Positions 54,341 through 64,000 of a stretch of DNA of 64,000 nucleotides are shown piece after piece (position 1 is the stretch's first letter; the number at the start of each line of letters is the position of its first letter). The DNA comes from Octopus sinensis (lineage: Eukaryota), in NCBI RefSeq assembly GCF_006345805.1, contig NC_043000.1, positions 91,698,001-91,762,000 of the forward strand, given 5' to 3'. The notes beneath the pieces were generated by a model that worked only from the letters and a program-made list of their open reading frames with translations, did no database searches and was not told the origin of the DNA. The translations under genes and the position numbers were made by a program.

Positions 54341-54834
54341 TGTGTTGTAAGCAGGTTGAATTGTTACCAAGCTGGACAAAGTGTTTTATAGTATTTCTTC
54401 TAGCCTTACTTTTGCATTCACATTCCAATGAAATTAACTTTGCCTTTCATTCTTTCAGGGTTGATAAAATAAGAAACAAAACTAAACACCATAAAATATA
54501 TAGTATTGTCGAGTAAGATGTAACATTAGATTACCAGCTCATCTGGACTGAGCTTGAATCTACTTCTTGAATGTTAACATGTGTTTATTTCAACCAGAGT
54601 TTCAGCAAAGTGGTTAGTATTATCTCCCAGAGGTCTATGTGGCTATCTCAGGAGTCAATAATCACCTGAAATGATTTTGAGCATTAAGAGTGTTGAATTA
54701 TTAGTAAAATGGATCCAAAAGAGTACAGTAATTAATGTAAGACTAAAACTCACTAATTTCCAGTCAAATATCAATGGTATAACTAGTATTCACCAAACAC
54801 ATATTTAATATTAACATTAAATATTCTGTGAAAA

Positions 54835-55036
54835 TAGTAGTAGTAGTAGTAGTAGTAGTAATAGTAGTAGTAGTAGTAGTAGTAGTAGCAGCAGCAGCAG
54901 CGGTGGTAGCAGCAGCATTAGTAGCAGCAACAGCAGCAGTGGTAGTAATAGTAGTAGTAGTGACAGCAGCAGCAGTGGTAGTAATAGTAGTAGTAATGAC
55001 AGCAGCAGTAGTGGTAGCAGCAAAGCAGCAGCAGTG

Positions 55037-55095
<59 letters not shown>
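54835..55095. repeat. (AGT)n/(AGC)n microsatellite
   Basis: Direct reading. Confidence 0.95.
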
Positions 55096-55096
<1 letters not shown>

Positions 55097-56211
55097 TAAT
55101 AAGTGCGGCTCATGTAATGATAAACCAATATTTTATCGATAAACCAATATTTTATTGTTCTTTAACAATTTCTTTAAGTCTTTTCATTAAATTCCTTCAA
55201 GTATTTCTCATTATGAAGTGGTAAAGGAAAGAAGAATTTATTATTTTTAAGTTAAGAACTTTTATATTAATTATACTTTTATATTAATTATACTTTTCAG
55301 TTTTTATTAAAAAAAATTTCATGATGGGATTGATAAGCTATCAATGACATAAGAAATTTGCTGACCCCTGATTTAGCAGTATATCAAATTTACTGTTGGG
55401 AATACGTACCCTATGATATGCAAATATTATTGGCAGTAACATAGAATACAATCCTTGGAGAGATTTATCTCGTTTGCTTGAATCATGGAAGTAAAGCCAG
55501 GCACCATCAGATAGAAATTCCTTGCGGCTACTTATGTCATTAATATTATATTACATTTAATCCAAAGTTCCAATTTATCTGTGAAATAACCCCGTTGTTG
55601 GGTGAATTAACCCCTCTTGTTGCAATTAATATTGCTTTCCAGTAGAAGATATGTATCAATATTAATTTCAACAAGATTATATTAATCATATTAAACACTA
55701 GATTGGAAAGGGATAGAAATATAGAAACAATCGATTAAAATATCAAGCAGTGTTTAGTTTGATCTTTCTGAGTTATAATGAAACTGAAGCTTAAGTTATT
55801 TGTAATTTTTATAGGCTTAAAACACAAACACACACAAAAAGACCAAGTGAATGCAGATGGGAATATCCGATGAGGTGACTCTGGATATCAAATGAAGATG
55901 TGTCCTACTGCTAAAATGGCCAGCCTATGCAAGATTGTGAAAATTGGCACTGACACCTTAGTGGGGAGTGAATTTGTCATTATGGTTTTAGCTATGATGT
56001 TAAACCTAATATTAGTTGCTTATTGAAGTGAAAGGCAATAGTAATACCTAGATGAATCGATCTATATCGTGTACTTTGTTCCCACATGCTTTTAATGTTT
56101 CATCAGACTATTTTTTAATCTGGTGCCAGATTTCTGCTTGTGGTTAGGAAGCTTACTTCCCAAGTTTTTGCTGCAAGTTCAATTCCACTTGGGCATGTAT
56201 CTTCTGCTATA

Positions 56212-56468
56212 ATAAATAAATGTGCCCTTTTAAAGCCTAAACAGGCTCATGGGCCTGATTTTCCCGGTTTCTATGGCGTATGTGTTCCCCAGATGCATGG
56301 ACACCAGTCCATCGCAGCGTTACTCATCTTTGCCAGCTGAGTGGACTGGAGCAATGTGAAATGAAGTGTTTTGCTCAAAAACACAACACGTCGCCCGGTC
56401 CAGGAATTGAAACGACAATCTTACGATCATGGTGCTGACACCCTAACCACTAGGCCACGTGCCTCCAC
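56212..56468 (-). mobile_element. tRNA-SINE (family C-related) inserted into an older family D fragment
   Basis: Minus-strand head ggaggcacgtggcctagtgg; 13-bp TSD atcttctgctata at 56199-56211 and 56469-56481. Confidence 0.85.
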
Positions 56469-56511
56469 ATCTTCTGCTATAGACCCAGGTTATAAAAAGA
56501 AGCAAACTGTA

Positions 56512-56660
56512 TCATCATGAAGTTCACTTAACTAGTGCAGCCAGTGATTGGGCCACCACTGTTCTCTGTCCAATCCTTGATGTTGTCAGACCCTGATTTT
56601 ATCTGTCTCCTTCTCTTTCGCCCTCCCTCAACAGTGCCCTGAAGGATGGCTTTGGAAAGA
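56512..56660 (-). mobile_element. RTE LINE 3' fragment
   Basis: LSKAILQGTVEGGRKRRRQIKSGSDNIKDWT. Confidence 0.7.
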
Positions 56661-56834
56661 AGCCTATTTTATATATGTATATATATATATATATTACAGA
56701 GATGTACTTGCATAGCAAGTGATTTGATCTGAGATCGTGTGCTGAAACGAAAATAATTGCAGTGTGGAATGTGTTTGTAAGCCATTTAAGAAACGCACAA
56801 AAGCCGTTCGATTCACTTCAACATTTAAGTTTAA

Positions 56835-56885
56835 TTTGTCAAAATATTTTCGGCGCTTTAAGACCGCGACCTGTTCACTGACAAA
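56835..56885 (-). ncRNA. Hammerhead motif with G3:C8 core variant, within PLE-derived insert ~56695-56902
   Basis: Reverse complement: tttgtca GTGAACA g GTCGC ggtcttaaa GCGCC GAAA atat TT tgacaaa. Confidence 0.65.
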
Positions 56886-56902
56886 AATTCGTGCTGCATC
56901 TC

Positions 56903-57118
56903 TTGGAAATGAACAACCCCGCTTGTATGATTGTGGCACTCGTTTACAACTATCACTCGATGTGCAGACAAGGAGATATTCACACAACCACACACATATG
57001 GGTGTATGTGTGTACGTGTTTATCTGTGTGTGGTTGTGTGAATATCTCCTTGTCTGCACATCGAGTGATAGTTGTAAACGAGTGTCACAATCATACAAGC
57101 GGGGTTGTTAATTTCCAA
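56903..57118. repeat. 94-bp inverted repeat (56903-56996 / 57025-57118), 28-nt spacer
   Basis: Reverse-complement arms with two mismatches. Confidence 0.9.
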
Positions 57119-58002
57119 TCTTTTGTAAAAGCATGTCTGGTTATAATAAGAAAATATTACCTTATTTGGATACAGGTGAAGGGTGGCGACAAGATGAGCA
57201 TCCAGCTGTAGAAAATCTGCCTCGACTAATTTCATCTGATCCATGTCAGCCATAAAAAGAGGATAATAAATGACAATCATAATACGCGCACACACACACA
57301 GATATGTGTGTGTGTTATGTGTGTATGTGTATGAGTGAATGTATGTTTTATATTTACATAGTAATAGGCATAGGAGTGGCTGTGTGGTAAGTAGCTTGCT
57401 TACCAACCACTTTGTTGTATGGACCTCCAAAAATCTTATATGGGCACTCAGGGGGCATATAGATCCCTGTTGACAACCATTGTTTCAGACAATGCCCAAT
57501 AAAATGGGTTAGCATCAGATGTTACCTGAAAAATACTGTATCAAACACTTGATCCTGATTCACCAGACACTTAATTCCCAAATAATCTTAATACTTCTCC
57601 ACAACTGATAATTCCATAAATTTTGGGGACTGATACTTTAGAAGAGCATATGATCAATCTGGATTCTTTCTTTATTTCATCTCATTTCCTAAGTTCTGCT
57701 CTACTTTTACTAAGGTTGTATTTATCTCCTTAATCCCAGTTGGTTCAATAGAATAAGTATAAAAATTATAAAACAGTTAAGTCATCACCTATATGCTCAT
57801 GTGACAAATATCACTCATATTTGAATATTCGAAACTGAAATAAATCAATACAATTCTTCTTGAGAGAGCATTTAAGCTGAAAGAAACAAAAGAATATCAG
57901 AGTTATGGTTTGACAATAGTTTGTTTTGACCATTTATATTCTATGATTAAGCCTTCTGGTATCATTTGAAAGAAATCGATAGAATAAATTCCAGTTATAT
58001 AT

Positions 58003-58930
58003 TGGTTTCAAGTTTTGACACAAGGCCTGCAATTTTGAGAAAGGGGTCAAGTCAATTTATGTCGATCCTAGTGTTTCACTGGTAGCTATTTGATTGACCC
58101 CAAAAGGATGAAAAGCAAAGTCAACATCAGCGGAATTTGAACTCAGAACATAAAAACATGAAATACTGCTAAGCATTTTGCCTGGTGATGCTAATGATTA
58201 TACCAGCTTGCAACCCTAATACCAGTTATATATTATATAAAGTAAAGGTACAAGCCTTTAGATGCTATGCTTTTAATTGTAAGATCATGGTTTCAATTCC
58301 CAGACTGGAGAGTGCATTTTGTTCTTGAGCAAAGCACATCAATTCATATTACTCTATTCCACTTAATTGTAAAATGAGTTCCAGCAATAGCTGGGAAGTT
58401 ATCCTTGTGAGGGACTGGTGCCCTGTTCGGGAGAGAGTGTTATCATCTCAGTCATATATATGCCATGGAAACCAGGTTAAGCTTCTACTGTACTGGTTTC
58501 AAATTTTGGCACATGGTCAGCAAAGTGGGTAGGTAAATCGATTTCATCGACTCTACTGCATAACTGGTACTTATTTTATCGACCCTGAAGGGATGAAAGG
58601 CAATGTTAACCATGACAGAATTTGAACTCAGATCGTAAAGATGGATGAATGTTGCTAAGCATTTTGCCCAGCATACTAACAATTTGCTAGCCCATCGCCA
58701 TGACAGGCCTAATTATGTTACATGTATAAAGCAGCAAGCTAGCAGAAACATTTGAATGCCGGGCAAAATGCTTAGCAATATTTCGTTTCATTTTATACTC
58801 TGAGTTCAAATTCTGCCAAGGTCAACTTGCCTTTCATTCTTTTGGGGTCCATAAATTATAGTACTGCAGTTGATCTAATCAACTGGACCCCTCCCCCAAA
58901 ATTTCAGGCCTTGTGCCTAGAGTAGGAAAG
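58003..58930. mobile_element. SINE cluster: B (-) 58003-58215, C-like (+) ~58245-58485, B (-) 58494-58700, B (+) 58730-58930
   Basis: Family motifs as above. Confidence 0.75.
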
Positions 58931-59916
58931 AATATATTACATGTATGTCTTCTTTGATCTTCATTTTTCTGAGTTTGAATATCCTGGAGTTGACTTTACT
59001 TTTCATCCTAATAAAGTCAATAGAATAGATACCATTCCATATTCCAAGCTTAGGCTTTCTGGCATCAACTTTAACTTTACTATGAACTCGATAGAATAAC
59101 TACCAATTATATATTACATGTATATCTTCTTGAGCCTTCTGTTTTCCAGGTTTAAGCTCCACAAAGTCTAGTTTGTGCTTTCTCTTAGTAGAGTCAACAA
59201 AAGAAATACTAGTTATATATTGTGTGTATGTCATTTTCTATTTATGTATTGACCAATCTGTCAGCAGCAAAAATTGGTACTGTTACAAAGCAAAAAGAAT
59301 CAATGTTTTGAAAAGGACAGGTACTGACTGTATCTGAAACACTGTGTAGATACATATAATATTCAACCAGTTTCTTGACTGCACAGCTAAGATGTACATT
59401 ATTCTAATTAAATCTGATTAAGTTTCCTTGTTGAATAGATAATTATTTACACTACATTAGCATCTTAAGAGATCAAGATGAAGCAAGACATTTATGATCA
59501 GGTTGTCTCTCAACAGACCTTAAGGCATAGGAAGTAGGTGATACACTGAATGATGAGCTAATTAACAATGTAAATTCATTTAAATTTGCTTCTTACTTGA
59601 ACAAAAATATAGCGAGTTGTTGGTGACTCTTAAAAGCAGGGGAGATAAATTCAAGAAATTAATAATAATTAACTACACAGAAAATTCAGTTGTTATGCTT
59701 AAGTGAAAAATCTGGTTTTTCTCTGCCAGCAATATGGCAGCTACAGACATGTTCAGATATTATTAGAGTTCTACAACAAAGCTTAATATTTCCAAAACTG
59801 CTTTAGTCAGTGAATAGGTTTTGTGAGTAGAAAACTATAATAATAAATATAATTTACGCAATTACAAAAAATGGGAGCAAAAGAATGTTCTCTACCCAAC
59901 ATTTTGTGAATATATA

Positions 59917-60682
59917 CACAGGGGTTGGACAAGATAACGGAAACACCTAGCATCATAATTTCGAAATATCTATAAAACCATCAAAAGCTTGTTTATTTTT
60001 ATGTTTTTTGATTTATTATTAGTGTTGCTTAATATGCTTTACTAAAATTGCTGTTTCTTTTTAGATATCATCAGCAAAAGATAATTAAAATTCATTAAAA
60101 ATAACAGATCTATCGGACTTTCAAAGAGGTCAAATTGTTGGTATTCGAATGGCAGGTGCTAGCATAATGAAAACAGCCGAAATGTTTGGTGTATCAAGAA
60201 GTACTGTCTGAAAGTAATGACAGCCTTTGAGAAAGAGGGTAAACTTCCTCGAAACAAAACTCTGAAAAGAAACCAAACTTTCAGATAGGGACTGTCGGAC
60301 TCTTACACGAATTGTAAGAAAGGATCACAAAAGTACAGCTTCCAGAATTACTGCAGAGCTTAAGGACCTCCTTGAGAACCCAGTTTCCACAAAAATACTG
60401 TTCACCGGGAGCTGTACAAAGCCAGATTTTACAGGAGGGCTGCAGTCAGAAAACCACTACTTTCAAAAACAAATATTGCAAAGCATTTAGAGTGGAGTAA
60501 AAACCTACAGGATTGGTTCCTAGAACAGTGGAAGAATGTTATTTTCTCGGACAAGTCATCCTTTACCTTCTTTCTGACCACCAGCTGAGTATACATGTGG
60601 AGACAGCCAAAATAAGCATTTGACACAGACTGCCTTCTTCCAACTGTTAAACATGGAGGAGGATCTGTGAAGATATGGGGTT
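59917..60682 (+). mobile_element. Tc1 (DD34E-type) fossil, 3'-truncated
   Basis: TA|cacaggggttggac start; DLSDFQRGQIVG..FGVSRST..RKPLLSK..WSLEQWKNVIFSDKS..PTVKHGGGSVKIWG. Confidence 0.85.
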
Positions 60683-60764
60683 TACTTCTATTTAAAAGTG
60701 AAATAAAGGAGAAAGTGAAAGATGTATGTATGTGTATATGAAATGGATGTGTGCGTGAAAGAGT

Positions 60765-60796
<32 letters not shown>

Positions 60797-61160
60797 TGTT
60801 ATCATGTATGCATATATATATCAATACATATGCATACATTTTTTTTGTATGTACGTGTGCATGTGTGTGTGAGAGGAGGATGGGAGGCTGCTGGAAGAGT
60901 CATTAGAGCACTAGATGGTTAAAAAGCCTTGCAGCATATAATAATATTTATAATTTAATGATCTGATTTCAAATCCTGTTTAGGTCATATTTCCTTTCAT
61001 CTTTTCATGGACAAGTGCAATTAAAATCAATCAAATAGTGTGTGGTTAAATTAAAAACACTTCTCCTTCCCTCAAAATATAACGTAATACCTTCCAAACT
61101 TTACAAATCGGTGATACTGTGGCATTTCTGAAACTGGGTCTTTGGATTTTTTGTCATAAA

Positions 61161-61410
61161 CATTCTTGCCATAGGAAAATTTGCTGTAAGAAATTTCATC
61201 TTAAACGCCCTCATCACATTGTTTTAATGTTTGACATTGGATAAAGACTTGCCTATTTAATGCTTTTGCGAAAACATTTTATCATTTTCTTTTTCTTTTT
61301 ACCTTAAAAAGTGCTGATATATTATGTTTTATCAATGTCCATACACTGAATTGCCATACAGTGGATTTTCTTGCATGGGGAAATTTCTTATGGCTAATTT
61401 TCCAGACATG
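61161..61410. mobile_element. Degenerate TIR element (MITE)
   Basis: ggaaaatttgctgtaagaaatttc versus reverse complement ggaaaattagccataagaaatttc. Confidence 0.4.
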
Positions 61411-61442
61411 AATGTGAATGTGCATGTAGCAACACTGGTATA

Positions 61443-61845
61443 CTCTTTACTCTTTTACTTGTTTCAGTCATTTGACTGCAGCCATGCTGGAGCACCGCCT
61501 TTAGTCGAGCAAATCGACCCCGGGACTTATTATTGTAAGCCCAGTACTTATTCTATTGGTCTCTTTTGCCGAACCGCTAAGTGACGGGGATGTAAACAAA
61601 CCAGCATCGGTTGTCAAGCAATGCTAGGGGGACAAACACAGACACACAAACACATACACACACATACATATATACATATATACGACAAGCTTCTTTCAGT
61701 TTCCGTCTACCAAATCCACTTACAAGGCATTGGTCGGCCTGGGGCTATAGCAGAAGACACTTGCCCAAGATGCCACGCACTGGGACTGAACCCGGAACCA
61801 TGTGGTTGCTAGCAAGCTACTTACCACACAGCCACTCCTGCGCCT
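61443..61845 (-). mobile_element. SINE family D, young full-length copy
   Basis: Minus-strand head aggcgcaggagtggctgtgtgg, B box ggttcagtcc; CpGs retained. Confidence 0.85.
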
Positions 61846-63229
61846 ATCTGTCAATTACTTTCTTATCTTCCTTTAACTATTTTATTAGGCATGAGAAACC
61901 TGACTGTAAAACTTTTGCTCATGTACATATAGGAAGATACATAGATTTTTTTGAAAATTAAGAAGTGATTTAAAATCGAACAAAAGCAGATAAAAACTGA
62001 TTCTTTTCACCTTTCCAAAGCTTCTATTTTCATTAAAATTGTAACAACTTTGAAAGTAGGGGTCCAAAAAGAAAACTTACATTTTGGTCAGTTTTTATGT
62101 GGTTTGAAGAAAGACCAAATTTCCCTCACTGAGGAGGCACACTGACCAGCAGCACTGGATTTTTTAAACAACTTATACCCTTTTATTCTTTTATTCTTTT
62201 ACTTGTTTCAGTCAGTTGACAGCAGCCATGCTGGAGCATTGCCTTGATACAAAACAAGATATTTATGAGTGTTAAATTCAGTGGTTCTATATACCATTTA
62301 CATTTGTAACAGTCCTGCTCTTTATACCTAGTGTCAAATGACCAACTTTTGAAAGTGGCTTCATTCAAGAAAGATATAAACACTTCTATCGTCAGGTAGG
62401 TGTATTTGTATTATATTTCCTTTGCTTTGAGATCAATTTAAAATATAATTTACCATTAATTTCAATCTGGAAATTCTAGGATTTACCACTATGTTCTCTG
62501 GTCTTCTTGTACAATGACCATAGCACACAAGGAAATGGTTAGGAAAATTTAGATACTGTATCATATTTTATTAAAATGGATGGTTCTTAATAGGAGATAC
62601 ATTATAATTCTATTCTAAGAATGTAATGAATACACTGGATTTATATGTAACCCAGTTGTATATTTGAAGAATCACTGCAACTAATTTTCATATTTGAAAT
62701 TTGAATGTCTTAGCTAATTTGTATCTATAATTAGATGTTGAACTGATTGTTGTTCAATCAGATACAGCACATCACAAATACCTTGATAACTCACCTAACC
62801 TGTAGACATACTCATAAAATCCCAAAACAGAGCAAAATCCTTAATTTTTGGAATCCTATTTTCATAAGAATTATCAAATCATGAAATAAACTACCATCAT
62901 CAGTTGTTAGCTATCAGGGCACTCATTCATTCAAAGATTCTATGCATCCTGAAGTTCACTAACACTACTCCTGAGTTGCATATGCACCATTTCTTTATGG
63001 CTCCCTCATTATTCATTCGGCTGTCTTAATATGTAGAATGCATGCCCTTTTAGCTATGTATAGTGTCTTCCTTAACTTGACTTACTATTGCTTTCTGTTC
63101 CCTCTTCTTTTCCCAGATAAGTTGTAGTGCATTTGAGCACTGTATTTCTAATAAGCTCCTTATATGATGTAACAAGTATCATTAATATACTACCAATGGG
63201 ATTTGAAATATTCCATTTATATATATTGA

Positions 63230-63405
63230 GTTCAAATTTTGGCAGAAGGCCAACAATTTTGGGGAGGAGATAAGTTGATTACATCGACCTCAGTGTTTAA
63301 CTGGTACTTAATTTATCGACCCTGTGAGGAATGTAAACTCAGATCGTAAAGACGGATGAAATGCCACTAAGCATTTTGCCTGACAAGCTAAAAATTCTGC
63401 CAGTT
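63230..63405 (-). mobile_element. SINE family B with internal deletion
   Basis: ctggtacttaatttatcgaccc core. Confidence 0.7.
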
Positions 63406-64000
63406 ATCATTTTTTTCAATTATATATATTAATCAGTTAAAATCTTTTTCCATTCCTACATTTGTGGGTGACGTTTTTACCAAAAATGCCTTTATAAGTG
63501 TCTGCTGTTGAAATAAACAAAAAAAATTTAACATTTGATTCATTTGTAAACTGAAAAATATGTGAAAATGGTAATATATCTGGTTTTTAGTCAAGTTATC
63601 TATACTTTAAAAAAAAATACTGTGTAGTGAGACTAAACCAGATATCGTGCTGTTGCAAAACAAAGATGTTAATCAGACAGCTATGCTGAACTGTGTAAGT
63701 GTTTCATTTAATTTTACAAATATTAAAGATTTTCAAAGCTTAAATGAAATGTTATATGTTGCTTGTTTTTTTGTTTGTTTTTATTGTTTACTCTCAGAAA
63801 ACCATGATCAAATAGACCCACACTTACCTATGGCATTGTCTGTGGATGAACATATTTAGTCACTTGTCTCCAGAATTCCCTCTCCTGAATCACTCTTGGT
63901 AGGTCACAATTTGGTAGCTCAAAACCTTCAACCCGTAGATTAACAAATGTCCTGGCAAGACACCCCCTAGTTCGCTTTTGATGCTCAGGTTCCAACATCA

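Noticed and set aside
55360-64000. Stop codons in candidate exons rescued by C->T reversal or A-to-I editing
   Set aside because: Any stop codon is one change from a sense codon, so this is not evidence; no homologue recognised

Overview
Repeat-saturated, AT-rich eukaryotic DNA. The tRNA-derived SINE families and dense (AT)n/(AAT)n/(GAT)n microsatellites suggest an octopod cephalopod (Octopus-like); this is an inference, not a database result. I found no intact host protein-coding gene, and nearly all ORFs in the track are microsatellite artefacts. Recognisable mobile relics are: an internally deleted Tx1/L1-like LINE, a Penelope-like element (PLE; YRDD RT plus GIY-YIG), Hero/RTE/CR1-type LINE fragments, four Tc1/mariner fossils, hAT, piggyBac-type and Merlin-like MITEs, two non-autonomous Helitrons and at least five SINE-like families, several with clear TSDs. 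The most notable signal is about 10 minimal type-I hammerhead-ribozyme (HHR) motifs of the PLE pLTR type. Six sit in three outward-facing inverted pairs (16.4-17.2, 22.2-23.3, 35.5-36.0 kb), two in a 264-bp tandem dimer (44.4-44.9 kb), and one has a compensatory G3:C8 core swap and abuts an inverted duplication of its target (56.7-57.1 kb). All calls were made by eye, and boundaries of degenerate elements are approximate.
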